Below are positions 33,393 to 42,999 of a stretch of DNA of 64,000 bases, piece after piece. Position numbers and translations under genes: made by a program. Under the pieces are notes generated by a model, which was not told the origin of the DNA, searched no databases, and worked only from the letters and a program-made list of their open reading frames with translations. This DNA is from an uncultured Armatimonadia bacterium (GTDB lineage Bacteria; Armatimonadota; Zipacnadia; CAZGSV01), in contig CAZGSV010000002.1 in NCBI GenBank assembly GCA_964528605.1, forward strand, positions 14,563 through 78,562, given 5' to 3'. Positions within the stretch are counted from its first letter, which is position 1, and each line of letters opens with the position of its first letter.

Positions 33393-34520
33393 CTAGTTCG
33401 TCTTGGCTGGTGGCACCACGGTGAATTGGATAATGGGCGACCAAGGCGTGACGTCGGTGTCGGTTTCCGACCTGACGCGCCAGTAGTACTTGCCTGGGTC
33501 GGGGGGCACCGCAGGGCGGAAGCCCCAAGGCTCGGTGCGATAGGCATCAACTACCAGGTTCTTGAACTCGGGGTCGGTCGCGACCTGGATGTGGTCCCTC
33601 CAGTTCTGCTTCGCCTCCGGCGGGAGGAGAGACAGGGAAGCGGGCCACCGCCAAACGAATTTGGCGCCTTCATCCTCCTGGAAGCTGGCCGTCGCGCCAG
33701 GCCACGGGTAGTGGGGCAACAAGGAGGGCCAGGTGTTCCTCTTCCCCGGGCTGATAGCCTCCGGGAAGTAGATGTCCCAATCCCCGGAGGGGTCTACTGT
33801 CACTTTGCCCGTCTCTCGATCGAAGACGGGCTTGCGGAAGATAGGTCTGCCGATGCTACCGCCATCGGGGTAGACAATCTCGCCGGGCTCCGGGTCCACG
33901 GGAAAAACAGGCCAGCGCATGACCGACAACCCAGTGCGGGAGATCTGCTGGGCAATGGCGGTATCGCGCGAGGCTCCCCAGCAGACATAGTCAACCAGGT
34001 CTTCTTCCCGGCCTTGCTGGGAGGCGTACAGGGCGCACTCCCCCACCGGGCCTCGGAACGCGTGGAACGCTCCCTCCTCGCGGGCGTAAACGTGTGCGAG
34101 GTTGTCTCCCTCGAAGTCTTTGTCGTCTTGCTCCCGGCTCGCAGGCCCTTGGAAGGTGACGAGGATGAGGCCCTGGGCCGGTACGGGAGGGAGGTCCTCG
34201 GGCAAGAGATACCTGATGCCAGTGCTATCCGCCAGGCACCAGCCCCGCATGTCCACGGCCTCCTCCCCGAAGTTGAAGAGTTCGACCCAGGTCGGAGGCT
34301 CCTCCCCAGAAGGTACCCCCGAGACCTCGGGGTACTTGAACCACTCTCGCCAGGGCCTAGTCTCAGGCACCGGGCAGACCTCGCTAATGGCGACAGCCAT
34401 CTCCCAGGCCTTTTGTCGGGCTGGGGCCGGTTGCTGCGCAACAAGGGGACTCCTAAACCCCGACGTGATCAGCGTGATCCACGCCATTAGCGCCACACAC
34501 CTAGGTAAGAAACGCAGCAT
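33393..34520 (-). CDS. Secreted protein with a lamin-tail-domain-like region and a C-terminal Fn3/Ig-like domain.
   Basis: The signal from the ATG at 34520 is MLRFLPRCVALMAWITLI. The LTD-like segment is ELFNFGEEAVDMRGWCLADSTG. The C-terminal domain has YYWRVRSETDTDVTPWS (Fn3-like). Confidence 0.55.
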   Translation of the reverse strand: MLRFLPRCVALMAWITLITSGFRSPLVAQQPAPARQKAWEMAVAISEVCPVPETRPWREWFKYPEVSGVPSGEEPPTWVELFNFGEEAVDMRGWCLADSTGIRYLLPEDLPPVPAQGLILVTFQGPASREQDDKDFEGDNLAHVYAREEGAFHAFRGPVGECALYASQQGREEDLVDYVCWGASRDTAIAQQISRTGLSVMRWPVFPVDPEPGEIVYPDGGSIGRPIFRKPVFDRETGKVTVDPSGDWDIYFPEAISPGKRNTWPSLLPHYPWPGATASFQEDEGAKFVWRWPASLSLLPPEAKQNWRDHIQVATDPEFKNLVVDAYRTEPWGFRPAVPPDPGKYYWRVRSETDTDVTPWSPIIQFTVVPPAKTN

Positions 34521-34643
34521 GCGATCGCCCCCTTCGAACGAAGTCAATGATAACACTGGTTGACTTCCACCTTGTCGAGGATGCCGTCATCGTCGCTATC
34601 CTCGTCGGTCTTGTCGAGCTGGTAACCGAGCTGTGCCGGGATG

Positions 34644-35738
34644 CTACTGCGTTTGGGGGGTGGAGGTGCGTATTCTTACGAGGGCGCGCTGGGCCTCCCG
34701 GCGCGCGGTGGACCAGAGATCGGCCTCCGCGACGGCACCCAAGGCCTGGAGCACGGCTTCCGGCCCACCTTCGCCCTCGAGCGCCTCCCCGAGGGCTGAG
34801 GCAGCGGTCGCCCTGACCTGGTCCGCCTCATCGGAGAGCGCTGTGAGCAGCGGCGGGATCGCCTGCTCGCTCTTGGTCATGCCCAGCCCTCGCGCAGCGC
34901 ACTCCCTGAGTAGCGCGGCCTCATCGGACTGAAGTATCTCGGTGAGCACCTCCACCGCGAGAGGATGCTTGGAGTTGCCAATGAGCAGCGCAGCGTAGCA
35001 TCTGGCCAGCCGAGGGGAGGGCCCACCGCGGCCCACCGGTGGCAAACAGTAACGCACGAAGCGATCGAGGTTCTTCCGGGTAACCGTCGGGCCAGGGCAC
35101 CAGAGCCCGGCCGTTTCCACCCAGTACCTCGCGGTCTCCCTCGTGACATTGAACATGTCAGCTACTTCCTCGACCGTATACACTCTTCCCGGCTCATCTT
35201 CAGGTAGTGGCGGGGTGACAAACAGAGGCTGTGTCAGAGAGGCTTTCATCAGAAGTTCGGCGAGGAAGGGAACCGCGGAGGCCTCCTGTAGTGGCCCGCT
35301 GACGAGGGGGACGCGCCCGCGCATCCGTCTCACCCCCACAACACACCGATACTCCGGCGGCACTACCCCTCTGGCGGCCGCGGCCAGCGTGGGAACTGGG
35401 CCCTCTCTCATCCACCCCGCTCTTACCGTGGGCACAAGCAGTAGCTCCCCGTAGTAACGGCATCTCTGAGGATCACTTATTCGCAGAAGCATTGCCTCCG
35501 CGAGCAAGCGCGTGTGCCAGTCGGGGTCGGCCAGCCTTTGGGATAGGAAAGCAAGTGCCGCGGTGCCCTTCTCGACAATGGTGTCGCGGATAGTGACGTA
35601 CTCGGGGCCCTTGGCCCGGAGGGCCTGGGCGAACTGCTCCTCGAGCGTCGGGGCCTGGGTCTCCTCACTCCAGAGCACCACGTTCCCGCACAGCGCGAGG
35701 ATAACGGCCAACAGAATCCCGAAACTCGGCTTAGCCAT
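34644..35738 (-). CDS. HEAT/PBS-lyase-repeat protein with a signal peptide.
   Basis: The internal ATG at 35738 gives the signal MAKPSFGILLAVILALCGNVVLW. The C-terminus has HEAT-like repeats (IPPLLTALSDEADQVRATAASALGE). Confidence 0.55.
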   Translation of the reverse strand: MAKPSFGILLAVILALCGNVVLWSEETQAPTLEEQFAQALRAKGPEYVTIRDTIVEKGTAALAFLSQRLADPDWHTRLLAEAMLLRISDPQRCRYYGELLLVPTVRAGWMREGPVPTLAAAARGVVPPEYRCVVGVRRMRGRVPLVSGPLQEASAVPFLAELLMKASLTQPLFVTPPLPEDEPGRVYTVEEVADMFNVTRETARYWVETAGLWCPGPTVTRKNLDRFVRYCLPPVGRGGPSPRLARCYAALLIGNSKHPLAVEVLTEILQSDEAALLRECAARGLGMTKSEQAIPPLLTALSDEADQVRATAASALGEALEGEGGPEAVLQALGAVAEADLWSTARREAQRALVRIRTSTPQTQ

Positions 35739-36137
35739 AGTTGAGCCCTCCTTGCGGGCTGTACGTGCCTCGTCATTCCCACCAGTTGACGCCAGTAGGT
35801 GGGTGGCGCTTTGGCGTAGGCCGAGCGCGTGCGCTGGTCCGCCGCTTGTCGGCCGGCGTGTGACATCGACCCAACCCTCTTGACCTGGTCGGGGCGCTAT
35901 CATCCCCTCGCTCAGAAGCCAGCCCCATGCCTCCGCGATCGCCTGGCGCATCTCTTCCTGCAGTTCGCCAGCGTACTCCCTGAACTCACGGTAGGTGAAG
36001 GTCGTGAGGTTCCCCAGGTGCAGCATAACGCTGTCAGGTTTGAGGTGAGCGAGGTAGGGCAGCAACAGCCAGCCAAGTTCCTCGGGCTCCAGAGTGACTG
36101 CCGTCTGGGGATCTGGCAGAGCTTCGTCAAGCCGCAT
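35739..36137 (-). CDS. Hypothetical ~130-aa ORF, in-frame and contiguous with the downstream HEAT-repeat gene with no stop between them.
   Basis: MRLDEALPDPQTAVTLEPEELGWLLLPYLAHLKPDSVMLHLGNLTTFTYREFREYAGELQEEMRQAIAEAWGWLLSEGMI is not low-complexity. It is followed by a linker-like G/T/A-rich stretch before the signal peptide of the next protein. Confidence 0.3.
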
Positions 36138-36426
36138 GGCTACTCACCTCGCGGAGAGCATTCCTCCCGCACTCGCGAGCGGGTACTGAGGTGAGGGCAG
36201 CCGGTCGGAACGCCCCACCAACTCCATGGGCCGTGCATCAGACCAGGGAGCCAGCGACATGGAACCACCCTTCTCTGCGGCATCTTAGCGGAACACCTTC
36301 AGGTCCGCCAGAGGACCGCCCACGGGAGAACGGCGGCTGGGGGGCCAACTCTTGCGGCTCCCCGCCTCTGGCGGGGCGGCCAGGGCTGGCGCCCAGGCCC
36401 TACGATCACGACGGGCGGCGGCGCCG

Positions 36427-36465
36427 ATTCGCGGGCTGTCGCGGCAGGAATGCCGCTCCTACAGG
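36427..36465. repeat. Inverted copy of the GTAGGAGCGGCATTCCTGCCGCGA repeat unit.
   Basis: tcgcggcaggaatgccgctcctacagg is the reverse complement of the units at 1589 and 20699. Nearby hairpins are CCCCGCC-TCT-GGCGGGG (36359) and GGCGACTCG-CC-GAGTCGTCC. Confidence 0.55.
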
Positions 36466-36568
36466 ACACGCGGCGACTCGCCGAGTCGTCCCTGCGGTGA
36501 GGCCGCGCGGCTGACATCAGGTTCGCCGCCGCGCCTGGGGTGTGATACGCTCATGCTCGTGAAAAGGG

Positions 36569-38761
36569 ATGGCTACGCAACAGGTCTCCGCGGCGGAGGC
36601 GTTGTTGGAGAAGGCGCGCACCTATCTGGGTCCGGAGGACCTGGAGTTGGTGCAGCGTGCCTGGCGGGCTGCCCTGGAAGCGCACTCAGCGAGTAAGCCC
36701 CGCGAGAACGGCGAGCCCTTCGTCAGCCATCCCCTGGCAACGGCCGAAATCCTCACCGAGTTACAGGCTGATGCTCCCACCCTGGCAGCCGGCCTGCTGC
36801 ACGACGTGCTCGAGGACTCGTCGGGGCTGACAAAGGATCGGCTCGAGCGGGAGTTCGGGCACCAGGTCACCCGGCTGGTCGAGGGGGTCACCAAACTCAC
36901 GCTCGCCAGCCGCGGCATCCGCCCCCGGGCGCGCCAAGCGGAGAACCTTCGCCGCATGTTGATCGCCATGGCGGAGGACCCCCGCGTGCTCCTCGTCAAA
37001 CTGGCCGACCGCCTGCACAACATGCGCACGCTGGACGCCCTCTCGCCCGAGCGGCGCCGCGCCAACGCCCAGGAGACGCTGCGCATCTACGCGCCACTCG
37101 CGCACCGCTTCGGCGTCTGGACCCTCAAGTGGCAACTGGAGGACCTCGCCTTCCGCGAACTGGAGCCCGAGGCGTATCGGTCGCTGGCCGCGCGTGTGGC
37201 CAGTACGCGCAGAGAGCGGGAGGCCGAGGTGGAAGCCGACCGGCAACTGCTGCAGGAGACCCTCAATCGGCACGGCATCGAGGCGCAGGTGTTCGGCCGT
37301 TCCAAGCACCTCTACAGCGTCTATCGCAAGATGCGCGAGCAGGACGTGGACTTCGACAACATCTACGACCTGTCGGGACTGCGCGTCGTCTGCAACGACC
37401 GCAACACCTGCTACACCATCCTCGCCATCATCCACAACGAGTTGTGGCCGCCGGTGCCGGGGATGTTCAGCGATTTCATTGCCTCGCCCAAGGCGAACGG
37501 CTACCAGTCGCTGCACCTCAAGGCGCTCAAGCCCAACGACCAGATCATCGAGATTCAGATCCGCACTTGGGAGATGCACCAGGTAGCCGAGTTCGGCATG
37601 GCGGCTCACTGGGCCTACAAGGAAGGCGCGCCTGCCGAGAAGCCGGTGCGCGCGCGCGTGCGCGACGCCGCCTACCAAGACAACTTGCGCAAGTGGTTGC
37701 GGCAACTGGGCGAGTTGCAGGACGACGAGGAGTTCCTGGCCGCGGTGGGCGTCGAACTCTCCGAGGCGCAGGTGTTCGTGTTCACCCCGGAGCGCGAGGT
37801 CATCGCCCTGCCGGCCGGCTCCACTCCCATTGATTTCGCCTACCGCGTGCACACCGACATCGGCAACCACTGCCAGCAGGCGAAAGTGAACGGGGCGCTG
37901 GTCGGCCTGGATCATCCGCTCCAAACCGGAGATGTGGTGCGGATAGTGACACACCCGCGCGCCCACCCCAAGGAAGATTGGCTGAGTTACGCGCGCACTT
38001 CGCAGGCGCGGCAGAAGATTCGCCACTGGCTCAGCCGCGAGCACGAGCGCGAGAACATCCGCCTGGGCCGGGAGCGCCTCCAGCGCGAACTCGATCAGGC
38101 GCACATCAGCCAGGAGGAATGGGCCCCTTTCATCGAGTACATCCTGCCGCACCTCAATCTGCGTTCCGAGGAGCGCCTGTTGGAGGCGATCGGCGCCGGG
38201 CAGGTAAGCGGGCGCAGTCTGGTTAACCGGTTCCGTGAGCGGGCCACGCGCGGCGAAGAGGGTGAGATCGTGGGCCGGCCCACGCAAGCCGCGGCGCAGG
38301 CGCTCCCGGTGGCGGTGCTCTCGCCCGACGCGGCGCTGGACAAACTCGAGTACCATTTGGCGCGCTGCTGCTCGCCGATTCCGGGCGATGAGATTGTGGG
38401 CTACGTCTCGCGCGGGCGCGGGCTGGTGGTGCACCAGGCCGAGTGCCGCAACTTGCGCGAGCGGCGCGAGCGCGAGCCCGCGCGCTATCTGCCGCTCCAA
38501 TGGCGCACCGACGCTGCCTCGCCCGCGCTGTTCGAGGCGCAGGCCATCGTCAAGGCGACCGACCGCCCGGGCCTGCTGCGCGACCTCACCGCTCTCGTGG
38601 GCAGCACCAATGCCGACATTGCCGCCGCCCGCATCGTCTCCCGCCAGCCGCCCTTCGCCTTCATCGAACTGGTGCTCAATGTGCGCGACCACCAGCACCT
38701 GTCTCAAGTTCTGAGCAACCTGCTGAAGATGGAAGAAGTTACTTCAGTAGCGCGACATTGA
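36569..38761 (+). CDS. relA: Bifunctional (p)ppGpp synthetase/hydrolase, RelA/SpoT family.
   Basis: It has the HD domain (HDVLEDS), synthetase domain (RVKsfySvyrKM-like KHLYSVYRKM, DLSGLRVV), TGS and ACT regions. It is 730 aa. Confidence 0.9.
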   Translation: MATQQVSAAEALLEKARTYLGPEDLELVQRAWRAALEAHSASKPRENGEPFVSHPLATAEILTELQADAPTLAAGLLHDVLEDSSGLTKDRLEREFGHQVTRLVEGVTKLTLASRGIRPRARQAENLRRMLIAMAEDPRVLLVKLADRLHNMRTLDALSPERRRANAQETLRIYAPLAHRFGVWTLKWQLEDLAFRELEPEAYRSLAARVASTRREREAEVEADRQLLQETLNRHGIEAQVFGRSKHLYSVYRKMREQDVDFDNIYDLSGLRVVCNDRNTCYTILAIIHNELWPPVPGMFSDFIASPKANGYQSLHLKALKPNDQIIEIQIRTWEMHQVAEFGMAAHWAYKEGAPAEKPVRARVRDAAYQDNLRKWLRQLGELQDDEEFLAAVGVELSEAQVFVFTPEREVIALPAGSTPIDFAYRVHTDIGNHCQQAKVNGALVGLDHPLQTGDVVRIVTHPRAHPKEDWLSYARTSQARQKIRHWLSREHERENIRLGRERLQRELDQAHISQEEWAPFIEYILPHLNLRSEERLLEAIGAGQVSGRSLVNRFRERATRGEEGEIVGRPTQAAAQALPVAVLSPDAALDKLEYHLARCCSPIPGDEIVGYVSRGRGLVVHQAECRNLRERREREPARYLPLQWRTDAASPALFEAQAIVKATDRPGLLRDLTALVGSTNADIAAARIVSRQPPFAFIELVLNVRDHQHLSQVLSNLLKMEEVTSVARH

Positions 38762-38773
38762 GGACACGGAGCG

Positions 38774-39229
38774 ATGCGGTGCGTGGTGCAGAGAGTAAGC
38801 GCGGCCTCGGTCTCGGTTGACGGAGAGGTCGTGGCCGCGATAGGGGCGGGCCTGGTCGCCTTCGTGGGCGTCGGGCGCGAGGACAGCCGCGAGCAAATGC
38901 AGTATCTCGCGCGCAAACTGGCGGAGTTGCGCGTCTTCCCCGACGAACAGGCGAAACTGAACCTGTCCTTGCCGGAGGTGAGCGGCGAACTGCTGCTGGT
39001 GCCGAACTTCACCGTGCTCGGGGACTGCGCCAAAGGCCGGCGGCCCTCCTTCGACAAGGCCGCGAGCCCGGAGCAGGCTAACGCTCTCTTTCAGGCTCTA
39101 GCCGAGGCTGCGCGAGGGCAAGGCCTCAAAGTCGGCTGCGGGCGGTTCGGGGCGGTAATGCAAGTGGAGGTGCGTAACCAGGGCCCGGTGACCCTGATAT
39201 TGGAGGGGAAAAGCGGAGCGGAAGGGTGA
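38774..39229 (+). CDS. dtd: D-aminoacyl-tRNA deacylase.
   Basis: MRCVVQRVSAASVSVDGEVVAAIGAGLVAFVGV...SGPVT is a canonical Dtd. The relA-dtd gene order is conserved. Confidence 0.9.
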   Translation: MRCVVQRVSAASVSVDGEVVAAIGAGLVAFVGVGREDSREQMQYLARKLAELRVFPDEQAKLNLSLPEVSGELLLVPNFTVLGDCAKGRRPSFDKAASPEQANALFQALAEAARGQGLKVGCGRFGAVMQVEVRNQGPVTLILEGKSGAEG

Positions 39230-40167
39230 GATTTTCCCACTCGTTTGGTAAACTCATCTGCGCTTGGCCGAGTGAAAAGGAAATGCTCAGGGAACACGAT
39301 CCTTTCATAGAGCAGGACAGCATTCTCGAGGCGCAACCGCCGCAGCCTCAGAATGGTCGCAAGCCCACACCGGCCGAGCAGGCGCGACTAAGCGCATTCC
39401 ACGGGGACCAGTCCATGCGGCGGGGGCAGTTCGACGAAGCGGTGGGCTTCTACAAGCGGGCGGCGGAACTGGACGGCAACGACGGGCGCTGGCAGGTAAG
39501 TCTGGGCGACGCCTACGTGAGCACCGGGTATTACCGCAGGGCGTACAAGGCCTATCAGCGCGCCATCAAGAGGAACCCTCAGGACGCCGACGCCCACTTC
39601 TCGCTGGGCGAGTTGCTGGCTCGCACTGGAGCCTTTGAAGAGGGCATACCCGAGATCAGCGAGGCGATACGGCTGCTGCCCGGGCGACACTACTATCTCT
39701 ACCGCCTTGCCGGCATCTGCTGGGCAGCGGGAATGCGGCAAGAGGCGATCCAGGCGCTGCGCAGCGCGGTGCGGCTCAATCCGCAGGACGCGTTCTACCG
39801 CTACAAACTCGCCCGGTTGCTGGCGGAAGAGGGCCATCACCGGGAAGCCAACGCCCAGTTCCAGCACGCCGCGTCTTGTGCCCCGCAGGACTCTTACTAC
39901 CGCCTCTGGTTGGCCATCTCGTTCGTGCAGCTACGCCGCATAGAGGACGCGCTGGAGGCGGTGCACGAGGCGCTCCGCATCGAGGAATGGCGGGAGCCGA
40001 CCTTGCTGGTGCTGGCGGCGTTGCTCCACCGGCTGCTGGGGCGCCACGACACCGCGCAGGCCTATATGCGTCGCGCCCCCAGGCTAACCGAGTACGACCG
40101 GCACTTCCTGCGCTTCGTCACTCAAGCCGCGGGCCCGCTGGCGGCCCTAGCGACCGAAGGGCTCTAG
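39226..40167 (+). CDS. Tetratricopeptide-repeat protein.
   Basis: It has repeated TPR units (AVGFYKRAAELDGND, AYKAYQRAIKRNPQDADAHFSLGELL...). Confidence 0.6.
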   Translation: MRFSHSFGKLICAWPSEKEMLREHDPFIEQDSILEAQPPQPQNGRKPTPAEQARLSAFHGDQSMRRGQFDEAVGFYKRAAELDGNDGRWQVSLGDAYVSTGYYRRAYKAYQRAIKRNPQDADAHFSLGELLARTGAFEEGIPEISEAIRLLPGRHYYLYRLAGICWAAGMRQEAIQALRSAVRLNPQDAFYRYKLARLLAEEGHHREANAQFQHAASCAPQDSYYRLWLAISFVQLRRIEDALEAVHEALRIEEWREPTLLVLAALLHRLLGRHDTAQAYMRRAPRLTEYDRHFLRFVTQAAGPLAALATEGL

Positions 40168-40230
40168 GCGCCCCGCTCTCGGACCCGTTCCGTCTCAGGT
40201 CGCCGGCAAGGAACCGCGCGGCGTCGGGAC

Positions 40231-40845
40231 TCAGGTCTTGGTGGAGACCAGGCTCCGCACGCGCTCGTAGTTGATGCGGACGGTGCCGTCCTCGGGGTGC
40301 AGGCGGTTGAGTTCGGCCCACAGGTCTAGGGCATCCTGCAGGCGGCCGGCCTTTTCATAGGCGTGCGCCAGCTTCTTCTCGACCTGGTAGCCGTCATGAA
40401 GCCTCTTGACTGCCTCGGTGAAGGCCTCCACGGCCTTGGGGAAGTCCCGGCGGTTGACCGTGTAGTAGTCGCCCAGGTCCTCCCAGACGTCCTCGTTCTC
40501 GGGGTTGGCTAGCGCGCAGCGCAGGTAGACGGCCACGGCGTACTCGTGCTGGTCTGAACTCCACAGCAGATACGCGGCGTCGAGGTAGGCCTGCACGAAG
40601 TAAGGATCAATCCGCGTCGCGGCCAGGTTCAGCACCATCGCGCCTCGGTAGTCGCCTTCGTGGAAGCACTCATCGGCTGCACCCCAGAAGGCGTCCACGA
40701 CCAGCGCGTCCATGACCTGCGCCGGAGCGGGCCCCTGCGCTGCCGCCTCAGCGCAACATGCGGCAAGGCAGACGATGAAAACCACGGTGAAGAGCAGCAA
40801 TGCCCGCATGTCTATGAGTCTAGCCGTGGTTGGCCGCCGAGGCAA
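40231..40845 (-). CDS. Secreted TPR-repeat protein.
   Basis: It has the signal MRALLLFTVVFIVCLAACCAEAAAQ and TPR-like repeats. Confidence 0.6.
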   Translation of the reverse strand: MPRRPTTARLIDMRALLLFTVVFIVCLAACCAEAAAQGPAPAQVMDALVVDAFWGAADECFHEGDYRGAMVLNLAATRIDPYFVQAYLDAAYLLWSSDQHEYAVAVYLRCALANPENEDVWEDLGDYYTVNRRDFPKAVEAFTEAVKRLHDGYQVEKKLAHAYEKAGRLQDALDLWAELNRLHPEDGTVRINYERVRSLVSTKT

Positions 40846-40860
40846 GGGCGGCCCGCCCGC

Positions 40861-41871
40861 TTAGGGCTGGGCGGAGTCAGCCACTTGCTCGAGCAGCGAC
40901 TGGGGCAAAGAGCCGACCACCACAATCCAGAGCGGGCCGCGCTCCCGCACCACCACCATTGGGGTCGTCGGCAAGCCTCGCGTGCCGCCGCCGCCGGTGC
41001 CTTGGCGCTCGAACACCGACACGAAACTGAAGATGTCCGTGTAGCGCAGCCAGGCCACCGGATGGCCGCGGAAGCGCAACAGACAGGCATCCTGCAAGAA
41101 GAAATCCTCGGGCAGCCACTGAGGCGGCGCCAGGTGGAAGTCGAGTCGCTTGGCCACTTCGGCAACGTCGGCGGAGCGGAATACGGGCGTCGGTTCCCGG
41201 CTCACTCGGGTGCCCCGGGGCGGCTCGAAGGCGAACAACTCGTCAGGTGGCGCCTCCGAGGGGAAGGACACCTCGAGATAGCGCTCTTCGCCCAGCGGCG
41301 TCCCGTCCGGCGCGAAGTGCTGCCGCAGCAGGGGAACCCACTGGTCGGCGTCCACCCAGTACTTGCGGTAGGTGCGAGGCGGGCGGCGGCGCACCAGTTG
41401 CACCACGTGCGCGCGCCGGCCGAGGAGCGACCGAATGCCGAAGTAGCGAACAACAAAGGCGTCGGGCACGCGGCTGACCCACTCCGCGCGGCGCCGCGCT
41501 ATCAGTTCAGCGTCCGCCGCCTGCGTCGACATCGCCCAGGCTCCCTGGCGGTCGTAGAGCCACCGAGTCACGCCGTCAGAGATCAGCAGCCGCGTGGGGA
41601 CGCGTTTCTTCCCGAGAAACTCGATGCGGTACTTATGCCCGGGCGCGCGCACGATGCGCTGCACCAAGCGGGCCCGGGGCTGCGGAAGCCCGGTGACGCG
41701 GACACCAGCCAGGTTCACCTGCCCCTCCCTGGCGAAGACTTGGCGCAGGACGTTGAGTCCCTGCTCCTGCTCGCGCTGCAAGTCCTGCCCCAGCGCCAGG
41801 CGTACGCCCAGGGGGACCAGCGCAATGGCGGCGGCCAGTGCTAGGAGCCTAAGGAGCCCTCTGGTCCTCAT
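40861..41871 (-). CDS. RseB/MucB-like (LolA-fold) protein, the third gene of the ECF sigma operon.
   Basis: An internal ATG at 41871 gives the signal/anchor MRTRGLLRLLALAAAIALVP. Its position downstream of the anti-sigma gene suggests an RseB-like role. The family call is tentative. Confidence 0.45.
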   Translation of the reverse strand: MRTRGLLRLLALAAAIALVPLGVRLALGQDLQREQEQGLNVLRQVFAREGQVNLAGVRVTGLPQPRARLVQRIVRAPGHKYRIEFLGKKRVPTRLLISDGVTRWLYDRQGAWAMSTQAADAELIARRRAEWVSRVPDAFVVRYFGIRSLLGRRAHVVQLVRRRPPRTYRKYWVDADQWVPLLRQHFAPDGTPLGEERYLEVSFPSEAPPDELFAFEPPRGTRVSREPTPVFRSADVAEVAKRLDFHLAPPQWLPEDFFLQDACLLRFRGHPVAWLRYTDIFSFVSVFERQGTGGGGTRGLPTTPMVVVRERGPLWIVVVGSLPQSLLEQVADSAQP

Positions 41872-42328
41872 AAGCCGCCGGCATGAAACTCTCGTCCGCG
41901 CCCACCAGCGCCTCACCCTCGGGCAGCGCGGAGTGGTTGGAGACGCAGAAGCCCGCGAACGCCGCCAGGTCGTTTCTCGAGGGAGCAGCAGGCTGGGAAT
42001 GGAAGTAGCCGATGAGGCCGCCCACAATGAGCATGGCGACCACACCCGCCGCGCTCAGGGCGAACCGCCAACTGAGCCTCCGCGAAGGCGCCGCAACCGA
42101 GCCGCTCTCGATCCTCGCCATCACCCGCGCCGTGAGGCCGGGCCGCGGCTCGGGGTGCAGAGCCAGGCTGCTCAGGCGGCGCGCCTGCACGAGGTCCTCC
42201 GCGGCCAGAGCGCACTCCGGGCAGGCCCCGAGGTGCTCCCCCACCGCCCGCGACTGAGGCCGAGGCAGCCGGCTGTCCGTATACTCGAGAAGCATCTTAC
42301 GGGCTTTCCCACAACGCATCCGCTCCAC
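41849..42328 (-). CDS. Zinc-finger anti-sigma factor (single-pass membrane).
   Basis: It has MRCGKARKMLLEYTDSRL...HLGACPECA (the zf-HC2 anti-sigma motif) and a central TM helix. It overlaps the upstream sigma gene. Confidence 0.65.
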   Translation of the reverse strand: MERMRCGKARKMLLEYTDSRLPRPQSRAVGEHLGACPECALAAEDLVQARRLSSLALHPEPRPGLTARVMARIESGSVAAPSRRLSWRFALSAAGVVAMLIVGGLIGYFHSQPAAPSRNDLAAFAGFCVSNHSALPEGEALVGADESFMPAAYEDQRAP

Positions 42329-42917
42329 CTCCTGTCGCAGCAGTCGCCAGCGCCGTCCCCTGCGCTACGTATGGTTCCAGCAGCCGGCGCAGAGCCCGGC
42401 GGGCCGTGAAAAGGCGTGACTTGACCGTGCCCACAGGGCAGTGCTCGACCTCCGCGGCCTCCTGGTAGGAGAGGCCCTCCAGGTCGCACAGCACCAGAAT
42501 GGCGCGAAACCTTTCGGGAAGCGCCGCTATGGCTAGTTCCACCTGCTCGGCGAGTTCCTGTTGGCTCGAGCGGCCGAGCGGATCGGCGGAGGCGCCTTGC
42601 GCGGGATGGTCAACAACAGCGGTAAGCGGCATCAGTCGCCTTCGCCCGCCCTCGCCGCTTCGCTGGTAGTCAATGCACAGGTTTCTGGCGATGCGGTAGA
42701 GCCAGGTCTTGAAGGAACAGGCGGCGCGGAACGCCTTGAGGCTGGCGTAGGCCCGGACAAAGGTGTCCTGCGTTAGGTCCTCAGCGGCCGTGGCGTCCAA
42801 CACGGAGCGCAGAACGTAGCGGTAGATCTGTCCTTGGTACCTCTCCACCAGTTCTTCAAATGCTCGGCGGTCACCGCCTTGCGCCTGCCGAACTAGTGTC
42901 CCATCGTCGCCGGGCAT
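42297..42917 (-). CDS. ECF-subfamily RNA polymerase sigma-70 factor.
   Basis: Region 2 is FEELVERYQGQIYRYVLRSV...DLTQDTFVRAY and region 4 is LPERFRAILVLCDLEGLSYQEAAEVEHCPVGTVKSRL. The start is the internal ATG at 42917. Confidence 0.85.
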   Translation of the reverse strand: MPGDDGTLVRQAQGGDRRAFEELVERYQGQIYRYVLRSVLDATAAEDLTQDTFVRAYASLKAFRAACSFKTWLYRIARNLCIDYQRSGEGGRRRLMPLTAVVDHPAQGASADPLGRSSQQELAEQVELAIAALPERFRAILVLCDLEGLSYQEAAEVEHCPVGTVKSRLFTARRALRRLLEPYVAQGTALATAATGGGADALWESP

Positions 42918-42999
42918 CTGCACCTGCTTTCCTTTTGGGCTGGCAGGCCGCGCGCAACCATATTGACGGCCGGCCAGCACAAAAGTTCGCCCTCATAGG

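Noticed and set aside
36761-38707. 648-aa minus-strand ORF.
   Set aside because: It is antisense to the RelA/SpoT gene and its composition is low-complexity (A/G/R/L/V).
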